64,000 bases of DNA from Catajapyx aquilonaris. Lineage: Eukaryota. A program made the position numbers and the translations under genes. Numbering within the stretch: the first letter of the stretch is position 1; every line of letters starts with the position of its first letter. Shown one piece after another: positions 52,374-64,000 of the stretch. The notes beneath the pieces were generated by a model, which saw only the letters and a list, made by a program, of their open reading frames with translations, made no database searches and had not been told where the DNA came from. The DNA lies in NCBI GenBank assembly GCA_000934665.2, contig KZ538331.1:1-64000 (forward strand), read 5' to 3'.

Positions 52374-55300
52374 ATGTTCTCCCACATATGCAACCCCAAC
52401 GTGTGGCCCATCAGAAGAACCAAGGCAAGAGGTAAGTGCTCATACATAAACAGATGAAATATAACCCGTATGCGAAACAGTGCTCTTGCCTAATGAATAT
52501 CGAGGTGCTTCCGACTGTCGGTCCCGGTCTTCATTGTTTCGGGTGAGAAATTTCAGGAGAAAGTTTCCTTTCGAAAATTTTAGCCATTGTGCAGCACATT
52601 CGTGCATGACAGTCGCTTTATCATGGGTAGAACGGTTACTCCCACACTATGGGATAACCGGACAGTAATTGCACCTACCAGAAACTGTGCTTTATTTGAG
52701 GAAATATTCCAGAAATGTAACAACGCTGAACTAATTGGACTGACGTACTTTGCAGTCGAATATTCGTCCTCACAATTCATGTTCCATACTTCCATTCAAT
52801 CCATATCAATAGGTCCCTGAAAAGTACCAACAGTAGAACACAGAAAATCCATTTCCTTCCGCAGAGTATAGGGAGGGCAAACAACCTATCACATGGCAGG
52901 AGTCTGATCACAAAAAAAGTATAAGGTAAAAAAAAATATGAAGAGATACACGGATGGCAAGCCTGTTTCCGGAGAGGGCAACCAAGCATGACCTCAGGTA
53001 TGGGCTCGTCTCGTGTCCTCGCACATGGCGAGGTCATCAGCGTTATCATCGGTTGAGGATGGGTAGCACACCCGAACAGAGGGCTACCATGCATGAAGAA
53101 TGACACTCGCGTATACAGTGCGCGAAAAAAAAAAAAGGATAGACTACCGATCATTATTACTTACATGTTGCCTCCTGTGGTTGCTAATGATCAATGCGCA
53201 GGTGAACACTGCGTTATCTGGTTATCTATATTGATAAATGTTGTCCTCAGAGTACCGCATCACCTTTTCGATAGCATGTGCATCGACAGTGTCATATTTT
53301 GATAACCTGCAGGCCACAATTTGATGCATAATCAGTTTATTATGTCAAGGATAGCGGCGGCCATCAGCTTGTACCAAGATTCTTTCTTGGTGCGGCTTCT
53401 TGTGGTATTCACCAGTCCAATAACCCCCGGAGGCCATTTGTTGGGTGGCTCATTTTCCAAATGATCGGGGGGAACTCTCCGAACCTACTGCTTGAGGCGG
53501 ACAAACCCTATATTTTTAACCTTCGCTGGGATGAAACATCGGAGTCGAGACGTTATCTTCAGACGAATTTGCATGGCCAAAAGTGGTAGCTTCTAGGAAA
53601 AGAAGAGTCCGTTTTCTGCTTGAGGTCATTAGCGTCTACTCCGCCTACACTTCCCTGTCAACATTCTTTCACTGTTTAGAAGATAGGCGCGATACGTCAC
53701 TGGGAAAAAACACGGTACTGATGCCGCTTTGTTTCCCACCTTACGCAACAGTATATGCAGAAACATTGTTTGATTCCTTTATATATGGCGTGTCTTCAGG
53801 GGATACGAACAGGTATGAAACTTCCTCACGCAATGCATGTCCATCATTTGTTATCCGCGCCCGAAGAGGTATAGTGAGTGGCAGTAGAGGCACAAAAGGA
53901 TGGATGGACATTTTCTGGGAGATGGACTGTTCAAGTCATTGACCCACATCGAACTGAGCGGGGAGGATTGGGCGGTTGACGGACCAATAGGGCTGACGAA
54001 AGAGTGATGTCACGATGTGGAAATGTCAACAGGTAGACCAGTTGGTGGTCGGTTGCCTGCTGAGTGAAGGTCACGGCTCTCAGGGGGTGCCTTCAAGAAG
54101 AGGGTGGGCTGGTTGGTGGGGCAGTGGTTAGTGAGTGTGGAGGCATTACATGAACATACCGAGACGGGGAAAGGTTTCATTCCGATATGAGTGTACCAAA
54201 AGAATTAAAAGCTAATAAAATGAGGGGTGTGGTGGAAAAATGTGATAACCCTCATTTTTACCCTCAACACCTAGCAACGATGTAAAAGACATGACAAACA
54301 GTTTGGTATACTCCAAGCTCACGTATCAGTCACGGGACTGCAACATGGACTAGATCAAAACCCGCATTCCCTATGATTTGTGGACAGTGCGAACTTAAAT
54401 TCGCTCTTCTGAAAAATTACACTTTTGTGGGTTATCACCGTTTTCCACCACACCCCTCAAATTAGTCAAATATGCTGCTGATTCTGCCACTCCCATGCTC
54501 TAGCTCAAACAACACCGATCTTCAATTGCTCAAAATTTAAAAATCACATTGAGTGCTCAGACTTTCATTGGTGAATTCTATCCAGCATATTCACCCTTCC
54601 CAGGTCTATCCAAATCAATTTTTAACCTTTGGAAAGCTCTCCTTGTTAGAGTATGCAGTTGAAAAGAAGGTCTGTTGTGGTCTGTTGTACTCACCTGACT
54701 GGAATTTCCCATGTGTGATGAGGATCAAGGGAGATGCCATGAACCTTCTCATTAGTGTACAAAATAATGAAAATGTTGGCTATTACCATGGTTAAGGCGA
54801 ATGAAAGAATAATAAAATTATTGTCTCTTAAATTAATTACTTTGCCCATTACAGTTTGTCTCCTTTCTCCTTTCTTGCATGACCCAGGAGGAGAACCTGA
54901 CAGTAGGCGGCATTCTTGGGGCAGTGATTTGGACTTCCTCAATGCTCTGTCACTGCAGCCACAACAGCAACCACCAATGCCATCGGGATCAGGTGTAGTC
55001 AATAATGGCAATCAGGTTGAAGCACCAGCACCTCATTCTCCAGCCACTAGTTCATCCGATGAAAGTGACAGTGACCACCCGCAATCAAATAATTCTAAAG
55101 TAAGCCTCCATACAATTACAAAGCACTAAGATGACAGTAACTGCAGTGCTTGTAAACCCCCCAACATCCTCATTCTTTTTGTGAACTAAATACAAAATGC
55201 ATTTCAGAGCTCTTCATTTTCTGGCAGTGGAAGCAGCCTGGAGTCTACTGGCGCATTGCTGAGGGCAACCAATGACTTAGATCTGGTTGGAGCTTGCCGT

Positions 55301-56293
55301 GTTGTTGATCATGAAATGCTCCAGCGAAGAAGGCGTTTGAGAAAAGAGAGACGTACCAGGAGTACACCAAGTTCAAGCCCAGTGCAGGAAGTAAATGATG
55401 CGAGTGATCAGGCTGTAACTAAGTGTGTGGATGAGCCAGTCAAGCCAGAAGCCAATCAGGCAACATCAACCAGATCAAAAGTATCTCTTACATGGGCCCT
55501 TAAAGACAATGTGGCACAAAGTGAGACACCTGATGATGCAAGTGAAAAGACTACTGAACTAGAGTTTGGATACGATATCCACGACATTGATGTCTTTCTT
55601 TCATCTGCCTCCCATTCTAACCCTGCGAACATTCCTATGGTGGTTTCCTATCAGTGTGTGCTTCACAAATCCATTGATACAAAAAGTGATTCCAAATCAG
55701 ATGAAATGCAGCTGCAGTTGGGAATGGTCATTAATGCAGTGTTTAAGACAGGTGAGTGGCTGTACATCCAGACACCACATGAAGAATCAGGGTATGTCAC
55801 CTACAAAGCATGCATGCCCTTGGGAGTGTTGCCAGATGGGAATGTGGCACCTGACTGCCAGCCTTGGGATGTTTTTTCTGAGCCTCTGAGGCGTCCTAAA
55901 CATACTGATGGCCCCTCAAAGAGTGTTGTGATGAACAAGACAGACAGTCAAAAGCTATACGAGAACCTGGGTCCCGTGGGGCATCGTAGTGCACTGTTGC
56001 CAGCATGCCAGAAGTTGCTTCACAGTTTGAATGATGAGAAGAGAGGCAAGACACGTCGGAATACAGCTGCAAAAGTTCCCAGTTCCAGAGAATGCAGACT
56101 GGAAAAAACTCCAGGCCCAGAAGTAATAGTCAGCTCAGATTACAACAGCAAAGGACGAAATGCATTGGCTGTGAAACGGGGAGAAAAGGTTGCGCTGCTG
56201 AACAGCAGTCTCAAAGACTGGTATTGGGTGCGAAACCAAGAGGGAAATGAAGGCTTTATTCCATCTGTGGTTGCAGGGCAAGGGTTGGTCTAA
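52374..56293 (+). CDS. Two-SH3-domain adaptor protein
   Basis: Proposed exons 52374-52431, ~54854-55099 and 55208-56293 splice in frame. SH3-like DEMQLQLGMVINAVFKTGEWLYIQTPHEESGYV and canonical SH3 SDYNSKGRNALAVKRGEKVALLNSSLKDWYWVRNQEGNEGFIP. Exon 1 is less certain. Confidence 0.75.
54222..54458. mobile_element. Sola-like non-autonomous element
   Basis: TIR GAGGGGTGTGGTGGAAAA ... TTTTCCACCACACCCCTC; 4-bp direct flanks AAAT/AAAT. Confidence 0.7.
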
Positions 56294-56301
56294 TAAAAAT
56301 G

Positions 56302-59300
56302 CTATGAGAGACCAAATTGAAATGTCTGCTCACGGTAATTAAAGTTGGTGCAGATGTCCAGCTTCGAACTAGATCCACCAGCACTCAAAACCTGAAATTT
56401 AGAACATTAAAATTAAGGACTGTAAAATAAAAGTAATACACAAACTTACTTTGATTGGCTGTTCCTGGAAAACAACACTATAGATACAAGTCGACGAGGT
56501 TGGTACTTGTGCTGCAACATCGCCATTGTAGTTCAGGTGGTACAAGGAAGGTGAAGCACCGCCTGCAACAATTCTGTCCTCACAAAAGTCAGCCACATGA
56601 ATTCCTGAGTCATCAAGTTGGAATGGGGTAGTGGGACTCAAGGACCTTAGATGCCATAGACAGAGCAATGGACCCCCTCCACAAACCTGCAACAATGACA
56701 TAACTAAGTTACAACTACAGAGCTGTAAATTGAGGCCTCCCTACTTTCACCTCCATTTGCATTTCTTAAAAGGAAATAGTGATTTTAGCTGCATTTCTAC
56801 AAACACCGAGTGCTATGATTCCAATGTCCCAAATGAAATCTCACATCAATATTGGTGGAAATTTCTTGGACACTCACCTCTTTCCTGGTGTGGCAGCCAC
56901 AAACTCGGGATAAAGAGAACCATCCAAGAGATTTCCAAAAATATTGACCTGATCTGACTCTTGAGGCGCATAATGCAAACAATAACTGATTGAGTAGAAT
57001 AACCCAAAGCAATTCAGGCTATTTGATCATATAAGCAATGCTTATAATTTACCATCCAATCTTCATTAATAGCAACTGCACCAATCCATTTTCCAATCTT
57101 GGGTCGAGACAAGTGACTATGAGATGAAGGCACAATGGTGTTCACTACACGAAACTGGCGAGTATCCCACATACGAACGGATCCATCATCACTCGCTGAT
57201 GCACAATTGGTACCTCTGAAATGTGCACAATAATAATTTCAGTTTGACAATAAGTAACATGTAAATAAAACAAATCGCAAGCACTGACTGTAGGTCAACA
57301 CTGTGGATGTAGTCATCATGACCAGACAAGACCCGCAGAAGCTTCCCACATTCCAGATCAAAAATGTGCACATTGTTATCTCCACCACCAACATACAAGT
57401 GGTTGGTATCCTCCTGGACCTTCATAATGTTGGCATCTGGTTTCTCCAACGTATCCCTAAAATGGCAAGAGCAGAATTTTTTTTCAGTACAGTATATCTA
57501 ACTCATCTGTTCTCTTGCAACAATACATGGTTGGGTCAAAAGGACACCTAAAAATACATGATCACAAATTAGTCAACTTTCTATTCTCACACTACATGAG
57601 CACATACTGCAGGTTGACAAAGACCAGGAAGCACTGGAATCCTCCTAATTGCTTTTTACCTTTATTATTCATGGCTTACATGTAGAACTGATGCACATAA
57701 AATTCCCCACACATGGGGTTCATAAATATCAAAATTGGACACAAATTTGATTACATATACTGAAGTTAGAAGGCTCTTGTACTATGGGCGCCAAAAGAAT
57801 TGACCGGTGTTGATGGGTATATAGCGCCATATACCCATCAAATCCGGTCAATTCTTTTGGCGCCCATAGTACAATAGCTATGTGTGTCCCTGCCTCATCA
57901 CCATAAAACTACACCAGCAGCTGCTCTTGCAAATGGCAAAGTACTGAAACGTGATGCACAGGTAAATTGGGCAGCTTATATAGCAGGTTTATTAGCTCAT
58001 GTTTGTACTGGTGGAAAGAAGGCTGAACAAGTAAGACTGAAAATCTGAAGGATACCTATTTAGTTACTGGCACAGAGATTTTTGATTGAAAAGTGTTGAT
58101 GGAAATAATAGCAAAAGTGTGTCAATTAACTGACATGCAGAGGCCAAAATACTGAAAATTTGATAATAGTGAACATTTAAAAAGGCTGCGCAGGATTTTA
58201 ATGTAAATTTCAAAAGCTACAATAGATGAAGCCCAACTTTTCAAGGTGCATTACTTAGTACAGTATTGGTCATATATTGAGGCAACCGCCAGCGACATTT
58301 TCCGAAGCGGCAGAAGAAGGAATCTTGCTCGCCCGGCTTGTACTATGCTTATCTTCGATTCCTTCTTCTGCCGCTTCGGAAAATGTCGCTGGGGGTTGCC
58401 TCGATATATGACCAATACTGTACTGGGTGCAGTGTGGGGCAGAAGCCAACAAAAGGCTTCATATACCATTGCTTGAAAAATTACAATCATTTTTTTTTGC
58501 ACTTCCCAAACTCTTCTTGTAGCTCTTTGCAGGTTAAATTTTTCATTCACAATATTTGAACCCTGTATCTCAGTTGATAGTCATCTTTCAATTCCAGCTT
58601 CCACATTTCCATTAAGGTGTGTTCAAAAGCTAGTGAGAAAGGCCTTCTCACTTTGCAATTTGGCGGTGAGTGATCTCCTATGCCTCACACTACAAGCCAT
58701 AAGCAGCAGTGAGCAAATGGGGTGCAACTCCCTGCCGAAAAGCATGAAAATACATTTTCTGTGAGTTTGTGAACACACCTTTTCTTCCACAAGTCTTTGT
58801 GCTCAGAGCCAAATGGTGGCAAGCCTCTTTGCAACCATTGTTGTCAGACAGGATTTCATGAATACCACCAATTTCAACAATGGTTCCCAGTCACAAATGG
58901 GCTTAGCTCAGGTCACTTCTTGTGGACCATTTGAGAATAAGCCTTACTGGCCACCAACATAACTTTTCCAGTGTGCACTTGATATTGTCCTTTAGTTACA
59001 TCACAATAAATTCAGCAAGGTCACAGCAAATACTGTTACTTACTATTCTTTTATGATGCCCCATCAAACAATTCCCTAATACTAACTTGTTGGTAGGAAG
59101 TTGAATTGTCCAGCTGAGCTTCTGGTTCTTCCCCTGCAAGGCTTTCCAGTCCCATCCATGGATCTCTCCACTACCTCCAGACAGCAAATAAGTACTGGTA
59201 GAGGCCAGGCTGAGAGCAGCACCCTCTTTGTGCAGCTGAAGCACACACAGAGGCCGGTTATGGTTCACCATAACTTCATGCGAATCTCCACTAGCCAAGG

Positions 59301-59563
59301 AGCTCTTCAGGCTGTTGAAAGCAAGAAGGATTTAGTGCTTGTCAATCTCGCACACTTCTTTCATTACAGAGAAACCGCAAGAGACGCTACCCAACGTTCT
59401 TGGCCAAGACCTTGACAAACCAGCACGTTTGAGGTGTGAAAGGCAGGGGTGTAACTCACTTGTAGATGGCCACCTCTCCATAGTTGTTTCCGGCAGCCAG
59501 GAAGTACCCGCAAGGGGAAAAGGACTGGGAAAAAGTTGTGCTGTAGAGATATTTGTCCACCAT
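56302..59563 (-). CDS. THOC6: THO complex subunit 6 (WD40)
   Basis: [108 protein letters not shown]. Confidence 0.93.
57777..57874. repeat. Near-perfect 98-nt hairpin (MITE-like)
   Basis: TTGTACTATGGGCGCCAAAAGAATTGACCGG..TTGATGGGTATAT / ATATACCCATCAA..CCGGTCAATTCTTTTGGCGCCCATAGTACAA. Confidence 0.85.
58261..58420. mobile_element. Tc1/mariner-type MITE
   Basis: TA|CAGTATTGGTCATATA ... TATATGACCAATACTG|TA with ~64-bp arms. Confidence 0.85.
58614..58781. mobile_element. Old Harbinger-like MITE
   Basis: AAGGTGTGTTCA ... TGAACACACCTT. Confidence 0.5.
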
Positions 59564-59847
59564 CTTTGCTTGCCCGCGGACCGGTCAGCAGGGGTGCCAG
59601 ACGAAGAGGAGACTATAGCCCCCACCCCGACCCCCATCACCAGCCCGCCTCCCTCATTGATCTAGGAGGGTGCGACCGAATCACCGTGTCACCCTGGAAT
59701 AAGGTTGCCCTGGAACCACTGGAACACTGGTGCGGACTGGAGGATTGCTGGAGTTTGGACACGAGTCGAGTAGATCCCAATTCACCCCACAATACAAAAC
59801 CTCTTGTTGGTGAATAATTATTATATTGTCTTTCAACTTTCCATGGA

Positions 59848-61879
59848 TTACTCATTTGCAGACCTGGTGCGGAGAATTTCTGCCAGGAAAAAAACTATAC
59901 CAATGGCCAGTCCAAAGCCCCAAAAATAAAAAGGGCCAACTAATTTGGCTATTGACAATGCTTCTGGGTTTTTGTCCTCACATTCTTGGCAGTCTGAGTG
60001 AGTGTGGGCTCCTAGAAGGCTGTGGCGGTAGCTACGAAGGCGTTGGAACTTGATGGGCAGTCCAGCATTGGTAGCTCTGCCCAGGACTCGATTCATGGAC
60101 TCTTTGGCCACCCATCCTTTCTTCACAGCGATGCCTACATAGTGGTATAGGATTTGATCAGATGACACCCACAGGAGGCTGTGACCTTTTTGGTCTACCA
60201 GACGACTCGCTTTGTCTAGCAGTACCTACATTGGAAAGTGGTATTTAGCAGAAACCTCATGTTCAGGATATAATGGGAAGTTTTGGGCACCTGTGGAACT
60301 GTCCAAATGTTTTTTTATTGTTCAGACACACCTTATGTGAATCGATGCATGCAAAAGAAGGAGATGAGAGTGCAGCTTGGACACATGCAGAAGTGGAGTT
60401 TTGGAAGATGCCTCTATCAAGGAAGAGATCATACAGGCTGGTGAAAGATGTCCTGTCGAAGACACTGGCAGCATGGGCTACAATGCGCTCTGATGAACCA
60501 AATGAAAAATTTGACTCATTCAGCTGCGCAAATGTCTTGGGATGCCACTGCCTCACAGGAATGCTTAGTTCTCCAAAGAGACGGCTCTTGTAAGAGGTCA
60601 GAATCACCAGGGCTGCCAACCACCAGGATGCCAAAAAGACACGTGTTGGCCTGTCTGAAGCAGATGTCCATGAGATTCATTGATATATTTTTTTGCAGAT
60701 GTCTACAGTAATATGTACATACCTGTTGGGGTAGGAATTGGCTGTTCCAAGAGAACCCTGATGACATAACGCATGCTCCACTCCCAAACTGAAGCTTGAC
60801 TGTGTCTCTTCCAAGCCCTGGATGCCCCTTTGATAATGCGGCTACTATACATAAGTGCTGAAATAGCTACTACTGACACAATAAGAGCCAGGGAGAACAG
60901 CAGCCAAACCTTCAAGCTGTATGGTGTGCTCATAGACACCCAGTTATGGCTAGTCAAAGGTCTTGCTGTAGCAAAGGTCCCAAAGTCGAAAACAAATGGG
61001 TAGGTGTAATCCATCAGAGCCCACAATTTTGGAGTCATGAATGAATGTAGTATTATATCCACTGTGCCATTCACAAGGTTGTACACAAAACTTCCATTTC
61101 TGACCATGCCTAGTTGAGGCTCCTTTGCCTGAAAAGTGTCCTGGCATTTATTAGGAGGACAAGAGCACAAGAAGACATTTCGTAATATGAATAAACTGAC
61201 CTACCTCAAAATTAAAGTTCAGACTTTGAGCCATGTACAGGTACATCATGTCAGTGCCAAAGATATTTTTCTCACTGGTAGGAAGTCCTTTCTCATGGGC
61301 TGCCAGCTGTTCTCTTCTCACAGAAAAGAAGACACTCAGAGCTTTCAAATTTTTTTGTCGAAGATCACATGTCATGTCCGGAAATAATGCAGGCAAGTTA
61401 ATGTGGTCACCTTCACTGTATGACCCCAGGCTGACCATTTGCATAGGGGAGCAAAATATGCAATATGTGTGCATTTGCAATTTCTCATTGTCATAAACTA
61501 GGGTTAGTTTGAATTTGACTTGATCTAAAAAGATGCCAGACAGGTCATATAAGGGGTCTTCGTCTCTAACCCAAATGACCATCAAATGTTGGGAAGATAT
61601 TCGTTTGGGAACGAGTGACTTCACAAGGGTGCCATTAGCAGAGGTGACTACATGCAATGAGCACAGGTCTTTGGGTGACTCGTATGATTGACCCTTGGCC
61701 ACTTTGATGATTTTTCCCATTAGAATATTGCTCAGGGGTGGTGGTACTGAATCAAAATCATGGGACAGTGAAAGAGTGCAAAAAGGGAGTTGGCTCAGCA
61801 GGTCACCTAGAAATGACGTCACAAGGTACAAGTTAGCTGAATAATTCACAAGAGATAAGAGAAGTGGTAATCCAGCCAT
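59848..61879 (-). CDS. Divergent ionotropic receptor (IR family chemoreceptor), 4 exons
   Basis: LVNGTVDI..DYTYPF, M1 TPYSLKVWLLF, pore RVLLEQP, M3 RVFLASWWLAALVILTSYKSRLFGELSIP, RATNAGL, M4 LSIAKLVGPFYFWGFGLAIGIVFFLAE; exons splice in frame. Confidence 0.85.
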
Positions 61880-62399
61880 TCTGAGCTTATTTCCAAGCTA
61901 CATTCTCACAACTCGGACTTTTATAGCCTGATTACCTGCAAAATTCCGTTTTCTCAGGTGTGATGACAAAGCTGCTCTGATACTAGCTGCCAATACTGAC
62001 CCAAATTTCAAAAATGCGCAACTGTCTTTGCTTTTGTGGGGATTAAATAACACTAGGCGGCTGCTGGTCAATGACAGGCGTCAATTTGATGAGTAATTGA
62101 TTTGGCAAGAGTTAATATTTATTCAGTTGCTGCAGGTGTATTTTTTGATGATGACTACAAGGTTAACTTCAGGACGCGACAGACACGCAGTCACAATGCC
62201 TACTTATTTCTGCTGATTACTCCTTGGCGCACAGACGGGGCAGACTTTTGACATAAAAATATTATGATGACATTGTAGCTCTAATGATGTACTGCTCTTC
62301 TTCTGATTGATCTGTGCTTCCATAAATTCATCATAAATTTTGTGATCTGACGCGTATTAGTTCGTAATGCGTATAAATTGAAAATCCCGCTTTGATGAA

Positions 62400-62680
62400 C
62401 TGCATTCGGATGCGCTCCCACAGTTGCCAGATGCGTGGGAGGGAGGGAGAGGGCGTCGCGGTGGCGAGAAGAGAGCGTGAGTGCTTCCACCTGGTGGCCA
62501 GCTTTGGGTTGCAAAGGCGACCCAACTAATCGGGTCGTGTACAACGTAGGCTGTGGTGTTCTGTGTGCTACGGGAAGGAAGGAACAGGCCCAGGGGCCGA
62601 CCCCGTGGCGGAGACGAAGGAGCGACAACGGTCCGAGGAAGACTCACTCCAACCCGTTTCCAGGCAGCCGCAGGTGAGCA
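62400..62680 (+). promoter_or_regulatory. Probable CpG-rich promoter and non-coding first exon of a gene continuing beyond the window
   Basis: CpG-rich tract ending in a strong donor CAG|GTGAGC at ~62673. Confidence 0.4.
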
Positions 62681-64000
62681 TAAATATGCCAACATGCATG
62701 GGTCTATCGCGAGAGAGAGGGGAGGAGGCGCGGCCGTTGAGGGGCGGCCGGGAAGGAGGGGAGTCCCGGTCGGTCGGCTGGACACTGATCGTTTTGGGGG
62801 CCTACCTTTTGGGTGGAAAATTGTTTATTCACTTGGGACACTTGCGGGGGTGGGGGAGGAGAGGGGGGTTCAAGTTACGTCGTAGAGACGTTTTCGTGCG
62901 TGATTACCAGTCTAGAGAGGACAGCAAACTGCTGCAGTATTTGTGGTATGTGGCATACAATATGGGATGTGTTCGGGGATGAGGGTTGGCATTTGAAATA
63001 TTTGGCCAATCTGGGTCCTTGTCAGGGTGAACCACCATGCATAATACCTCCTCTGGCAGTGTAATGATTTGGAAATTCGGGAGTAGAACTAGTCGTAACT
63101 GTCACTTACAAATTGCATAGGAAACTGCTGGCACTCCAAGTGGTGCTTTAACTATTTTAAATGATGGTTAAAAGCAGTTTTTAGTGGAAAGATTGTACCT
63201 AACCGTCACACTTATGGTATTGCGACTGAAGGTGATTGGTACTAGGACAAGCAGCGGCAGTTAATTTTTCTGGTGCCTTGTCATGACTTGCACAATATAT
63301 TGCTCAAGTTGATAGCATGAGCATGTGGAACTCCACTGCCCAATTTGGTGGTTTGGGTTCACGTGCACATTTTCTGTTCAATTGCATGGTGAAGCCTGTT
63401 TAGAACTAAAAATTCTTAGTGAGCCAGCTAGCCAGAATTTTCTGCCTTCACTAGCATGTAAACAAGTACAAATATTTGCTTTGGATGCTTGGCATATAGG
63501 GTTCTCCTGTACACCCACTATACCTTGCGCTGTACAATGTAGATCACAATCATTATGCATGGGGACTTTCATGCAAATTTTTGCATATGAATGTGAAGTT
63601 ACTTATGCTGACCTTCCATGAAGATCACTACACTAGTTTAGAAGGGAGTTAAAAGCACATTTACATTACTCATCTGAAAGGTATATCAATAGGCACATGC
63701 CACATGGGTGTGTTCAAAGATATGGCTTCTTTCTGGAAACACACTGAAATATTATTTCTGGTGAAGTCACCTTGCCACTTGGCAGAAGATAATAATATTA
63801 GCATTTTTCTGTTATTGGCATGACTAGATTTCTATGGGGAAATTAACGTGATGAGATGGATTTATGTGCTACATGTAAAGAGAGATCCCCTCAAACTGGC
63901 AAGTATGATTCATACACATGAATCAACAAAGCTAAAGTGACAGGAATAATGTTTTTATTTTGGTCAATTTGTTTATGCCCACGTTGCAAAGAACCCAAAG

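Noticed and set aside
1..64000. CRISPR arrays, rRNA, intact tRNA or prokaryotic operons
   Set aside because: None seen; the sequence is intron-containing eukaryotic DNA and the repeats are MITEs or microsatellites.

Overview
Gene-dense eukaryotic window with many short (~55-80 nt) spliceosomal introns. It is most consistent with a non-insect arthropod, probably a crustacean; this is inferred from a divergent ionotropic receptor, a Sec-containing SelM and a Myo61F-like myosin I. Spliced by hand, the genes from left to right are: a partial unknown coiled-coil gene (-), a decayed hAT element, a 6-exon THAP + P-element-transposase gene (-, ~1187 aa) head-to-head with ACADS (+), PITP/vibrator (-), AP-1/2 beta adaptin (-), GPATCH3 (-), myosin IC (+), VPS29 (-), RAD9 (+), selenoprotein M (+), RNF185/RNF5 (-), a two-SH3 adaptor (+), THOC6 (-) and a divergent IR (-). 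Many MITEs lie between and within genes (P/hAT-type with 8-bp TSD, Harbinger with TAA, Tc1/mariner with TA, Sola-like with 4-bp TSD). Four observations stand out. (1) The P-transposase gene is intact but lacks its second catalytic Asp and the DxxH His, and carries an in-frame exonised MITE, so it is a candidate domesticated gene. (2) SelM has an in-frame UGA, a U12-type intron and a SECIS whose apical loop contains AATAAA. (3) The SH3 gene and THOC6 have stop codons 8 nt apart, and their candidate polyA signals imply each 3' end runs into the other's coding end. (4) A 721-bp MITE-dimer palindrome sits inside the VPS29/RAD9 bidirectional promoter. All identifications are by eye from recalled family motifs; no database search was run.
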